30,235 nucleotides of DNA from Steroidobacteraceae bacterium (lineage in GTDB: Bacteria; Pseudomonadota; Gammaproteobacteria; Steroidobacterales; Steroidobacteraceae). A program made the translations under genes and the position numbers. The stretch's first letter is position 1. The number at the start of each line of letters is the position of its first letter. Where the stretch lies: positions 1-30,235 of the forward strand of contig DATMKO010000061.1 of assembly GCA_035571175.1 (NCBI GenBank). Direction: 5' to 3'. Shown here piece by piece: positions 7,507 through 16,464 of this stretch. The notes beneath the pieces are model-generated. The model was not told where the DNA came from. It did not search any database and saw only the letters and a list, made by a program, of their open reading frames with translations.

Positions 7507-10032
7507 TTAGTAGATCAACATGTCGGCGCTGCCGAAGGCCGTCGCGCAGGCCGCGGCGGTGACCGCCTGTACCCGTGCGGTGGTCGTGCAAGCGGTGCTG
7601 CTGCAAAGATTGGTTATCAACTTGTCGAGCTCGCCGCTGGCTCCTGTCATGGTCGAGGCCGCCGGCTGGCTTTGCAGACCGCTGCCGAGCACCTTGGCCG
7701 CGAGCGGGCCGGTGACCGAGTCGATACCGGCCTGCGTCCCGAACAATCCAGCACTCAAGGTCACGCCCGGGAACATGGCCGAAACCAATGCCGGGTTGTT
7801 GACCATTTCATTGCAGTACTGGATGGCGATCTGCGCGATGCCGACCTGTTGCGCCGAGGAGAAGCTCTCCAGCGTCGGAATCGCCGGCAGCTGCTGCTGT
7901 ACGGCCTGATATGTCGCGACCACGTTCGGATCCGAAGTCGCCACGCCCGTGAGCGCCGACAGCGTCGAATTGACCGATGCAAAGGTCTTGATGCCGATAT
8001 CGGCGACCACCGGACCCGGCGAGGGCGCCGGCGCGGTCGGCGTCGGCTCGACCACCACATCGGTCTGGCTGCCCAGCACGTCGAAGGTAAGGAAGAACTG
8101 GTCGCTGGCAGGCCCGCTCTGCAGCGCAATCACGGTGCCGATGGGCGACAGCACCTCGCCCGTTGGCGTGTAGTTGGCCGCAGTCACGGTGGTATTCAGC
8201 GGTATGTAGGCCTGGCCCACTGACGGGATCGTGCCGTTCAAGCCGATGCGTATGCCCTGCACCGGAATGCTGGGCAGGTTGGCCGAGGTAACCGTCGGAT
8301 CCAGCGAGATGAAAGTCGGCTGGTAGAACAGGTAGCTGTAGCTGTCGTACTGGCTGACCGTGAACATCACATAGGACTGCGACACGTTGGTGACGCTCGC
8401 CACATTGAACAGCATGTAGTAGCGCTCGCCAACGCCCGCGTTGAAGTTCTGCATCACCTGCGCAGCCGACATGGCGCGGCTATGGATGGCGACGAACTTG
8501 ATGAGTCCCGTCCAGGACCGATCGCCGGACACGCCATTGCCGAGCACCAGCGCGAAGGTGCTGTCCCAGTTGGAGATGGTGCCGCCCTTCTGTGCATCAG
8601 CCGGACCGACGTTCACGCCGTTGACGTAGATCATGCGGCCGTTGACCGGATCGTACGTCAGCACCACGTGCTGCAAAGACGCCTGCAAAGCCATGGCAGC
8701 ATTCGGAGTCTGCAGCTGCGGCATGCCGGTCAGCGCCGTTGTCGAGGCGCGCATCAGGAAGTCATAGTCCTGATTGGTTTGACCCAGCGTGAAGTTACGC
8801 GTGGTGTCACCGCCCTCATAACTGACCATGTAGGAATTGTCGACCGCCACCACCGCGGGCGCCACCCAGGCCTCGACCGAGAACTCGCCCGTCGCCTGGA
8901 TGAGATTGTAAAGCTTCGAGCTCGAGGCGGTCGTGGCCTGCGCCTTGCCGCCGCTGCCGACATTGATACCCCAACCGCCGGCCAGGGTGACGTTGCCCGA
9001 GATCGTGAGATCCGCAGACGGGTCGATGCCGCTGGTGTCGAACGTGGTGTTGTTGACGATCGACTGGAACTCGTACTTGGCGATCGTGTCGGCATCGTAG
9101 CGGCTCGCGCCGCTGGCGATGGTGCCCTGCGTGAGCGTTATCGCCTTGCTGACGACCAGATTAGGATCGATGTTGGACGGGGTCAGCATTTGCGCGAATG
9201 CCTGAATCTGCGCCAGCATCTGCGCTGCATCGGAAGCGCAGTTGTCCCAACAGTTGTGGTTGTCGGTAAGCAGCCGCTGATACAGGCGTGAATTCACGCC
9301 GCACGACAAGGGAGTCGTGGTGCCGTTGCTGTTGCCGGCGACGAACGGACTGCAGCCGGTGAAGTCGATTTTCGGAATCGCTGCCGGATAAGCAATCAAC
9401 AGATTGGGATCGGCGTGATACGGCTGCTGCTCCACGGAAGGATCGGCCGTCGTCGAATGGCAGCGCACACAGTACTTGCTGGTCAGCGTGTACACCGTGT
9501 TCTGGTAGTCGGTGTAGGACGCCGGGAAGTTCAGGCTCTGTCCGACGGTTTGCACCGGCGGCGCCACCAATTGCACCGTGGTTGAGGAGGTGGCTCCCGT
9601 GGCATTGGCCCAGTTGGTGATCCAAGTGGTCAAAATCTGGCCGCAGGCGTTAGGGTCGGCGAGCCAGCAGTTGTGACCGCCGCTCACCTTGATAACCATG
9701 GTTGACTGCGAGGGTTGCGCCAGGTTGACGACGGTGTTGGCCTGCACGTAGGCGAGATTCACATCGTCGCTGCGCGCAAAATTCGGCATCTGCGCCGGGG
9801 TGGTGGCGTTGTGGCACTGTCCGCAGCGGTTTTGCACGCGGATGTTGTTCCACAGATTGATTTCGAACGCCTGGACGTCCGCCGTCGCCGGCGCAGGCCC
9901 CGTGTAGGTGCTCGCCGTTGCCGTCTGCGAGGGCGCAACGTTGGCCACGGTTGGAGCGCCGGCGCCGCCGCAAGCGCTTAAGGCGAATGACGCTGCGAGA
10001 GCGATCAAGCCGGTAATGCGTGTAGCGTTCAT
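7507..10032 (-). CDS. Lipoprotein with two c-type heme domains and a LamG/concanavalin-A-like domain (about 841 aa)
   Basis: Lipobox LSA-C. CxxCH motifs CGQCH (9811-9825) and CVRCH (9457-9471), each followed downstream by HNCW...C. LamG_3 signatures GEFSVEAWV, LQHVVLTYD..MIYVNG and WTGLIKFVAIHSRAMS. The start was moved from TTG 10038 to ATG 10032, which follows a GGGGA SD. Confidence 0.85.
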   Translation of the reverse strand: MNATRITGLIALAASFALSACGGAGAPTVANVAPSQTATASTYTGPAPATADVQAFEINLWNNIRVQNRCGQCHNATTPAQMPNFARSDDVNLAYVQANTVVNLAQPSQSTMVIKVSGGHNCWLADPNACGQILTTWITNWANATGATSSTTVQLVAPPVQTVGQSLNFPASYTDYQNTVYTLTSKYCVRCHSTTADPSVEQQPYHADPNLLIAYPAAIPKIDFTGCSPFVAGNSNGTTTPLSCGVNSRLYQRLLTDNHNCWDNCASDAAQMLAQIQAFAQMLTPSNIDPNLVVSKAITLTQGTIASGASRYDADTIAKYEFQSIVNNTTFDTSGIDPSADLTISGNVTLAGGWGINVGSGGKAQATTASSSKLYNLIQATGEFSVEAWVAPAVVAVDNSYMVSYEGGDTTRNFTLGQTNQDYDFLMRASTTALTGMPQLQTPNAAMALQASLQHVVLTYDPVNGRMIYVNGVNVGPADAQKGGTISNWDSTFALVLGNGVSGDRSWTGLIKFVAIHSRAMSAAQVMQNFNAGVGERYYMLFNVASVTNVSQSYVMFTVSQYDSYSYLFYQPTFISLDPTVTSANLPSIPVQGIRIGLNGTIPSVGQAYIPLNTTVTAANYTPTGEVLSPIGTVIALQSGPASDQFFLTFDVLGSQTDVVVEPTPTAPAPSPGPVVADIGIKTFASVNSTLSALTGVATSDPNVVATYQAVQQQLPAIPTLESFSSAQQVGIAQIAIQYCNEMVNNPALVSAMFPGVTLSAGLFGTQAGIDSVTGPLAAKVLGSGLQSQPAASTMTGASGELDKLITNLCSSTACTTTARVQAVTAAACATAFGSADMLIY

Positions 10033-10034
10033 GC

Positions 10035-11249
10035 TCAATTCCCCATGCAGTAAGCGGCGCCTTCAGCGAAGGGTTGCCGCAGCGAATAGTTGTGCGCTTG
10101 GAACGAAGTGATCATCGAATTGATCTGAGTGAAGTCGGCGGCGGAATTCGGCGCGCGCAGACACACGGTCTTGAACACCCGGGTGACCTGGCAGCTGGTG
10201 AATGCCGCGCTGCTCTCCAGTTCCTGGCCCATGGACTTGGCACCGTTGCCGCTGCCCGGAAGGGCCGCGCTCCATCCCAGCACATAGTTCGGTCCGGTGC
10301 GCCAGTGGTTGTTCCAGCTGTCGTCCGGGGTGTTGAACCCTTGCGGGAAATTGGTGTTGTTAATATGGTACTTCGGCTGTGTTTGGCCGGCGGTGTACTG
10401 GATCTGGCCGACGGTGTCGGTCATGGTCGGGTCGGTGCCGGTGAAGTTGTAGAAGGCAAAGGCCTGCGCCATCGGATCCATGCCGCTGTGACAGCCGATG
10501 CAGTTGTTCAGGAACAGAGTGCTGACGCCGCCCGGGCTGCGCGTCACGTCCTGGCGAATTCGATCCGGTGGCCGCGTGATGTCCATCACGGTCGGCAGGT
10601 CGTTACACAGATGGTTCAACATCGTGAAGCGGAACATCGCCCGGTTTGTGCCGTTGATGAAGAACGCGCTGGCCGCGCCGCGCGTGGTCATGATGCCGGC
10701 GGTCGCCGCAGCAGGGATGCCGGTCAGCGCCGATTGAGTGCTTGAAACCAGGTGGACGCTGAGGTCGACATTGTTGGCGTCCAGTGCGTCGTACATGGCG
10801 TTGTTCGCCGGCGAATACGTTCCCTCGCCGGACTTGCCGTCGCCGACGTAAACCAAATCGGCGCTGAGCAAGGTATTAAAAGGAACGTTGTCGCGCACCA
10901 TGCCGACCACGGTCGCGGTGTAATCGTTGAGCGAGACGAACACCGATTGATCGCGGTTGGTCCAGGGCGCCGCCATGTTGCGGATGGTGTTGTTGTAGAA
11001 CGCCGGGTCGTTGGTGGCGATGAGTGCGGCGGCTACCGGGCTGGCCGCGCTCGTCATCTGCGACAGCTGCGCCGCGGTGGGCGGCACACCGGCGATGCGG
11101 TTGTAGATTCGCGTCGCTTGGTCGGCGTTGGGTGCCTGCGCGAGCGCCTGCCCGCCAAGCAGTGCTACAGCGCCTGCACACGCGGCTGCGCGCACAGCGA
11201 GCGTTACAAGATGCGGCGTGGCTGCCGCGCGGCGTGCAATCTGCCTCAT
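10035..11249 (-). CDS. Exported monoheme c-type cytochrome, DUF1588/DUF1585 (PSD)-like (about 404 aa)
   Basis: Signal peptide ending GGQALA. CIGCHSGMDPMAQAF (CxxCH at 10488-10502) and AGIMTTRG..NRAMFRFTMLNHLC resemble DUF1588. The C-terminal FTSCQVTRVFKTVCLRAP..FQAHNYSLRQPF resembles DUF1585. The start was moved to ATG 11249, which follows a GGAGA SD. Confidence 0.72.
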   Translation of the reverse strand: MRQIARRAAATPHLVTLAVRAAACAGAVALLGGQALAQAPNADQATRIYNRIAGVPPTAAQLSQMTSAASPVAAALIATNDPAFYNNTIRNMAAPWTNRDQSVFVSLNDYTATVVGMVRDNVPFNTLLSADLVYVGDGKSGEGTYSPANNAMYDALDANNVDLSVHLVSSTQSALTGIPAAATAGIMTTRGAASAFFINGTNRAMFRFTMLNHLCNDLPTVMDITRPPDRIRQDVTRSPGGVSTLFLNNCIGCHSGMDPMAQAFAFYNFTGTDPTMTDTVGQIQYTAGQTQPKYHINNTNFPQGFNTPDDSWNNHWRTGPNYVLGWSAALPGSGNGAKSMGQELESSAAFTSCQVTRVFKTVCLRAPNSAADFTQINSMITSFQAHNYSLRQPFAEGAAYCMGN

Positions 11250-11606
11250 TGGTTTCTCCATCCCGTTGTTCATATGCACATCCACTCGCGTGAGTTGTCG
11301 GTTCGACTGGGTGCGAATATACGCAGCCCACAAGGCCCCCAGTAATGTCTCATCCAGACGACGTCGGCGTTTCGCGACAGTACGACCATTAAGAGTGCGC
11401 CTATATCCTGAGCCTCGATTGCCGCACGGTCTGGCACGGCGTGCACAGAGAAACGGATATGGACAAGTTCTTCTGTGAGTGCGTTAACAGTATGCGTATG
11501 CGCGTCGAACGAAGATGCGCATATGAGACCGATTAAGTTCAATGATGCCGTCTTCACGCGTGCCGGCCGATCGCTGAACCGAAACATTGTGCATAGGTAG
11601 CAACAA

Positions 11607-14330
11607 ATGAACACTTGCAGTCCGCGTGAACGACATCACGGTTTGCTGAAACTCGCAGCGCTCGCTCTGCCCCTGCTCGCGATGCTTGGCTGCGAAAGCG
11701 CCACGACCGGGCATGCGCCGGGTCTCGCGGGCGGACAAAACCTGACCCCCGGCATCACCAATTATCCGCTGGCCTACATCAAGCGCCCGGTGATCACCAA
11801 GGATTTCGACAACGTCCGCGACCTCATCACCTCGATGACGGGCGGCGATGTGTACATCCGCGATACCGCCAGCGCCGGCGGCGCCGAAACCAACATCACC
11901 GCATCGATCACCAAGGGCATGGGCGATGTCCGCGACCTCGATGTGTCGCCGGACGGCGCGAAAATGATTTTCTCGCTGCGCCTGCCGCTGAACCCGAAAC
12001 TCAAGAATACGGACCTGAAGCAGCCGAATTGGCACATCTACCAGTATGACGCCGCGGCCAAGACCGTTACCCAGCTGACCAACGATGACATCACCGCGGG
12101 CCACGATGTCGGCGGGCACTATCTGCCGGACGGCAGAATCGTATTCTCCTCGACACGGCAGCTCGCGACGCAATCCATCCTGCTCGATGAGGGACGTCCG
12201 CAGTACTCGGCCGAGACCGACAATCGCCAGCAGGAGATATTCCTGCTGCATGTGATGAACGGCGACGGCACCCAGATGCATCAGATCAGTTTCAACACGA
12301 ATCACGATTTCTTGCCGTCCGTCTCGGCCAATGGGCAGATCATCTTCTCGCGCTGGGAAGTCACCAACGGCGCCGATCAGGTCAGCTTGTATCGCGCCAA
12401 TCCGGACGGCACCGGGCTGCAGCTCTACTACGGCGCCAACAGCCATGCCAGCGGTGCCAACATCGCAGGCACCAACAACAACGTGATCCAGTTCGTCAAT
12501 GCTCGCGAGCTTGCCAGCGGCGCGCTGGTGTCGATTGTTCGGCCGTTTATGGGCACACAGCTCGGTGGCGACATCGTCACGATCAACGCGCCCGAATTCG
12601 TCGAAATCCATCAGCCGGCCACGCCGGGGGGCACCGCCGGCACCGCGCAGGCCAGCACCACGACCCTGGGGGTCACCACGGATGCGAATCTGCCGTCCAT
12701 GGGCGGTCGCTTTGCCTCGGTTTTCCCTCTCTATGACGGCACCAATCGCATGCTGGTGAGCTGGTCGCCCTGTCTGGTTCTCGACACCACCGTGACGCCC
12801 AATACCACCAATCTTTGCACCGCCGCGAATACCGCCGGCGCCAACGTGACCTTGGCGCCTCCGCAGTACACATTGTGGATTTACGATTTGGATCAAGGAA
12901 CCTTGGGCCCGGTGTTGAGCGCCGATGTGGGCACCATGGTCGTCGAACCGGTGATTTTGCAGGCGCGCAAGCCGGTACCGACCACCTTGGTCGATGCAGC
13001 TCCCGCGCCCGGCGCACAGCAGAACATGGCCACCGCGGGTGTCGGCTTGCTGGATATCAGCAGCGTCTACGATGTGGACGGTGTTGATACCGCGGTGCCG
13101 AGTATTCCAGGGCTGGCGGACCCAAGCCAGGCGCCCTTCTATACGCGACCGTACCGCTTCGTAAGAATTCAGAAGTCGGTGGAAATTCCCGACAAGACGG
13201 TGCGCAAGATCAACAACTCCGCGTTCGGACCCGCGGGAATGGGGATGCGCGAGATTCTCGGCTACGCGCCCATCCAGCCCGATGGATCGGTGCAGATCCA
13301 AGTGCCCGCCAACGTCCCCTTCACGATCGACATCGTCGATGTGAACACACGGCGCATCTTGTCGCAGCACACCAGCTGGCTGCAATTGCTGCCGGGAGAG
13401 ACCAAGACATGCAATGGCTGCCACACCACCGTCAATATGACCTCGCATGGCCGCTCGGGATTGACCAACCCGGTTAATCCGGGCGCGCCGACCACCGGTC
13501 AGCCGTTCCCGAATACCAGTCCGGCGCTGTTTGCCAACGCCGGCGAAACCATGGCACAAACCCTGGCACGGATCACCTGCGCGAACGGCAAGACTCCGAG
13601 CGGCGCCGCTACGCCCTGCTCGCAGCTCCTGACCTCGGATGTGATCTACGCCAATGTCTGGACCACGGGCATCACCCCGCCGGCCGGAGACACCGACGCC
13701 AGCTTCTCCTATCCCTATACCGGCGTCACGGGACTCTCGGAAACGCCACCCACCAATGCGAATTGTGTGCCGTGGACCGCGCAATGCCGAATCACGATCC
13801 ACTACGATACCGACCCCGTGAAGCAAACGTTCCTGCAAGCGGTGTGGAGCCTGCCGACTCGCTTGGCGGCTGACGGCGTTACCCCGGCGGTTTGCGTGAC
13901 CTGTCACAACCCGGTGAACGCGATGGCCATGGTACAAGTGCCTCAGGGCCAGCTAGACTTGACGGGCGGTGCATCGAGTGTGGACCCGACCGTGGTCACC
14001 TCATATGAGGAAGTGCTGTTCCCTCACAACGAACAGACGCTTAATATGGGCGTGCTGCAGGATTTGTTGGTGCCGGCGCCGGGACCTCCGGATCCTGTGA
14101 CCGGACTTCCGACCACGATAATGGTGCCCGTGTCGTTGGCGCCGCCGATGGCTGCCGGCAGCGCAGCGGGATCGACAACTTTCTTGAGGATGTTTGACGG
14201 TAGTTTTCATGACCCCGTACTCGATCACACCGGCTATTTGTCGCCCGCTGAACTGCGATTGATAACCGAATGGCTCGACATTGGTGCTCAATTCTACAAC
14301 GATCCGTTTGTCGCGCCCGTAGCGAACTGA
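11607..14330 (+). CDS. Hydrazine synthase alpha-subunit-like diheme lipoprotein: PD40/WD40 beta-propeller, HZS_alpha middle domain and C-terminal cytochrome c (907 aa)
   Basis: Lipobox MLG-C. Propeller repeats DLDVSPDGAKMIFS, YLPDGRIVFSSTR, DFLPSVSANGQIIFSRWE and LYRANPDGTG. HZS-alpha middle signature DGSVQIQVPANVPF..WLQLLPGETKTCNGCH (CxxCH at 13410-13424). Second heme motif CVTCH (13893-13907) and C-terminal ELRLITEWLDIGA. Confidence 0.85.
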   Translation: MNTCSPRERHHGLLKLAALALPLLAMLGCESATTGHAPGLAGGQNLTPGITNYPLAYIKRPVITKDFDNVRDLITSMTGGDVYIRDTASAGGAETNITASITKGMGDVRDLDVSPDGAKMIFSLRLPLNPKLKNTDLKQPNWHIYQYDAAAKTVTQLTNDDITAGHDVGGHYLPDGRIVFSSTRQLATQSILLDEGRPQYSAETDNRQQEIFLLHVMNGDGTQMHQISFNTNHDFLPSVSANGQIIFSRWEVTNGADQVSLYRANPDGTGLQLYYGANSHASGANIAGTNNNVIQFVNARELASGALVSIVRPFMGTQLGGDIVTINAPEFVEIHQPATPGGTAGTAQASTTTLGVTTDANLPSMGGRFASVFPLYDGTNRMLVSWSPCLVLDTTVTPNTTNLCTAANTAGANVTLAPPQYTLWIYDLDQGTLGPVLSADVGTMVVEPVILQARKPVPTTLVDAAPAPGAQQNMATAGVGLLDISSVYDVDGVDTAVPSIPGLADPSQAPFYTRPYRFVRIQKSVEIPDKTVRKINNSAFGPAGMGMREILGYAPIQPDGSVQIQVPANVPFTIDIVDVNTRRILSQHTSWLQLLPGETKTCNGCHTTVNMTSHGRSGLTNPVNPGAPTTGQPFPNTSPALFANAGETMAQTLARITCANGKTPSGAATPCSQLLTSDVIYANVWTTGITPPAGDTDASFSYPYTGVTGLSETPPTNANCVPWTAQCRITIHYDTDPVKQTFLQAVWSLPTRLAADGVTPAVCVTCHNPVNAMAMVQVPQGQLDLTGGASSVDPTVVTSYEEVLFPHNEQTLNMGVLQDLLVPAPGPPDPVTGLPTTIMVPVSLAPPMAAGSAAGSTTFLRMFDGSFHDPVLDHTGYLSPAELRLITEWLDIGAQFYNDPFVAPVAN

Positions 14331-14334
14331 ACTG

Positions 14335-15069
14335 ATGCGTCGTCTGCTCGCGCTGGTGCTGCTGCTGCAGGCGTTACATGTAGGACTAGCGGAAGCCGCC
14401 GACAAGTACCTGGTACTCGTGGTCACCGACCCTTACCTGGAAATGCACTCCGGGCCGGGGCGCGGCTTTCCGATCGTATACGTGATTGGACGGGATGAAC
14501 TCGTCACGGTGCTGTACAGCCGCACCGACTGGTTCAAAGTTCGCGCACCGCGTGGACAAGAAGGCTGGGTGCGCCGCTCCGACCTGTCGCGCACGCTGTT
14601 GGCCAGCGGCGAACCGGCGCCGATACCGCCATATCCCGATTTCGCCAGTCATCGCTGGGAGGTCGGCGCCGGTTACGGCGTTTACAACCGCGAGAATCTG
14701 GTCACCACTTACGCCGACTTCGGCCTTACTTCCAGCCTCGACGTCGAGTTTGTCGTGCAGCAGGCATTCGGTACTCTGGACAACCGCTACATCGCGACCA
14801 TTGGATTGCGGCACACCTTTGTACCCGAATGGAAGTGGTTCTCACCGACGGCTGGAATAGGCACCGGCTATCAGTTTATCCAAGATGTAGTTCCACCCGC
14901 GCCGCTGCAGAACAATAACGAGATGGCCTACGTCTCGCTGGGCGCCCGCGGTTTCATCACCCGTCGCTTCATGTGGCGCGCCGATTGGCGCCACTATGTC
15001 GTCTTCAACAATCAGAATGTGTATGAGGATCTAGAAGAATGGAAATTAGACTTAGCAGTATTCTTCTAG
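14335..15069 (+). CDS. Bacterial SH3 domain plus outer-membrane beta-barrel protein (244 aa)
   Basis: Signal peptide and SH3-like segment (LEMHSGPGRGFPIV..WFKVR..EGWV). Alternating aromatic/hydrophobic strands follow, with a terminal Phe beta-signal (LAVFF). Confidence 0.8.
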   Translation: MRRLLALVLLLQALHVGLAEAADKYLVLVVTDPYLEMHSGPGRGFPIVYVIGRDELVTVLYSRTDWFKVRAPRGQEGWVRRSDLSRTLLASGEPAPIPPYPDFASHRWEVGAGYGVYNRENLVTTYADFGLTSSLDVEFVVQQAFGTLDNRYIATIGLRHTFVPEWKWFSPTAGIGTGYQFIQDVVPPAPLQNNNEMAYVSLGARGFITRRFMWRADWRHYVVFNNQNVYEDLEEWKLDLAVFF

Positions 15070-15710
15070 TCGCGGCGCTGCTGTCCGGCTGCAGCTGGTT
15101 TCACCGCGGCAACAAGGGTCCGCCCGAAGTGGTTGCGGAGGAGCCGCAGGGCGAGCCGTCGATCGTCGAGCCGCAGGTGACCCGCCGCGTGGTAAAGACG
15201 CCCAAGATCAAAGCCAAGGACTTCGAGGTGGGCGCGTATTTTGGTGCGCTCAGCATTCAGGATTTCGGCACCAATCCGGTTTACGGGGTGCGCGGCGCGT
15301 ACCACGTATCGGAGGACATTTTCCTCGAAGGCTACGTGGGCCGCTCCAAAGCCGGAACCACCAGTCTCGAGGACGTGTTTCCGGATATCACGGTGGTCAG
15401 CAACTCTGGGAGGTATTTCACGTACTACGACCTGGACGTAGGCTACAACGTACTGCCGGGCGAGATCTTTCTGGGACGCGGACGCGCGTTCAATTCGGCC
15501 CTGTACGTGACGGTCGGCATGGGCGATGTGAAATTTGCCGATAAAGACCAGTTCGCGTTGAACTTTGGGGTAGGCGAGCGGCTGCTGGTAACCGATTGGA
15601 TGGCGATTCATCTGGATGTACGAGACCACATCTTCGAAACCGATCTGACCGGCCGCACCAAGAATGTCGACAACATCGAAGCCACACTGGGCTTAACCTT
15701 TTTCTTCTGA
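15039..15710 (+). CDS. Lipoprotein-signal outer-membrane beta-barrel protein, OmpA-like 8-stranded class, TIGR04565-like (223 aa)
   Basis: Lipobox LSG-C. Amphipathic strands FEVGAYFG, YGVRGAYH, LYVTVGMG and FALNFGVGER. The C-terminus is ATLGLTFFF. Confidence 0.8.
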   Translation: MEIRLSSILLVAALLSGCSWFHRGNKGPPEVVAEEPQGEPSIVEPQVTRRVVKTPKIKAKDFEVGAYFGALSIQDFGTNPVYGVRGAYHVSEDIFLEGYVGRSKAGTTSLEDVFPDITVVSNSGRYFTYYDLDVGYNVLPGEIFLGRGRAFNSALYVTVGMGDVKFADKDQFALNFGVGERLLVTDWMAIHLDVRDHIFETDLTGRTKNVDNIEATLGLTFFF

Positions 15711-15726
15711 TCAGGAGTAATGATCA

Positions 15727-16236
15727 ATGCATATTGCCAAATCAAGTCTATTGAAACGCTGCGCGATGGCGGCGCTCGTGCTCGCCTCGTCCGCGTTCGC
15801 GGCCGGCGGCGATGCCGCGGGTCCCGCACCTTCCTTCACGTTGACCACCCTCGCCGGCCAGCCCGGCGGCCTCGGCGAGTACAAGGGTCAGGTCGTGATG
15901 GTTAACTTCTGGGCGACCTGGTGCGGACCCTGCCAGCAGGAAATGCCGCTGTTGGACCAAATGTACAAGAAGTACAAACCGGCGGGATTTACCCTGATCG
16001 GCGTCAACGTCGACAAGGAGTCGCCCGCGGTCAAGGAATTGTTGGCGCGCAAACCCGTGAGCTTCCCGGTGCTGCTGGATCCCGCCAACCAGGTGAGCAA
16101 GGCCTACCACGTCGATGAGATGCCGAGCTCGGTCATCATCGATCGCAAGGGTCAGATTCGCTACGTGCACCGTGGCTACAAGCCCGGCGACGAAAACGAC
16201 TATCAAGATCTCATTCGCAAGCTCATCCGGGAATAG
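15727..16236 (+). CDS. TlpA-family thiol:disulfide oxidoreductase (169 aa)
   Basis: Signal peptide, NFWATWCGPCQQEM active site, cis-Pro motif EMPSSVIID and an AGGAG SD upstream. Confidence 0.92.
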   Translation: MHIAKSSLLKRCAMAALVLASSAFAAGGDAAGPAPSFTLTTLAGQPGGLGEYKGQVVMVNFWATWCGPCQQEMPLLDQMYKKYKPAGFTLIGVNVDKESPAVKELLARKPVSFPVLLDPANQVSKAYHVDEMPSSVIIDRKGQIRYVHRGYKPGDENDYQDLIRKLIRE

Positions 16237-16239
16237 CCC

Positions 16240-16461
16240 ATGCGCTGCCAACCGCTCTTGGCGTTGAGCGCCTTGCTGCTGCTCTCCGCGTGCAACATCC
16301 AGCCCTGGGTGAAACCGTATGAGCGCGACCGCCTCGCGGATCCGATCATGGCCTGGGACCGCGACGCCATCTCCGGCGCCTACCTGGATCACATTCGTGA
16401 ATCCAGAGAGGGATCACGCGGCGCCACCGGCGGAGCGGGCGGCGGCTGCGGCTGCAACTGA
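16240..16461 (+). CDS. DUF4266 small lipoprotein (73 aa)
   Basis: Lipobox LSA-C, VKPYERDRLADPIM motif and C-terminal GGAGGGCGCN, all characteristic of DUF4266. Confidence 0.88.
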   Translation: MRCQPLLALSALLLLSACNIQPWVKPYERDRLADPIMAWDRDAISGAYLDHIRESREGSRGATGGAGGGCGCN

Positions 16462-16464
16462 CGT

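Noticed and set aside
5854-11478. Plus-strand ORFs opposite the heme operon (e.g. 5898..6842, 7450..8223, 8482..9291, 10074..10745)
   Set aside because: They are antisense shadows of well-supported minus-strand genes.
11250-11606. Second riboswitch or sRNA in the divergent intergenic region
   Set aside because: No GEMM or other recognisable motif and no strong stem was found by eye. It is treated as ordinary divergent promoter DNA. An Rfam scan would settle it.
11484-13937. 817-aa minus-strand ORF
   Set aside because: It is the antisense shadow of the HzsA-like gene in GC-rich DNA. It has no recognisable motifs, while the plus strand has a lipobox, propeller repeats and two CxxCH.
11607-14330. 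Anammox (hydrazine synthesis) capability
   Set aside because: Only an alpha-like subunit is present. No hzsB/hzsC or hydrazine dehydrogenase is visible, and the gene context is not planctomycete-like.
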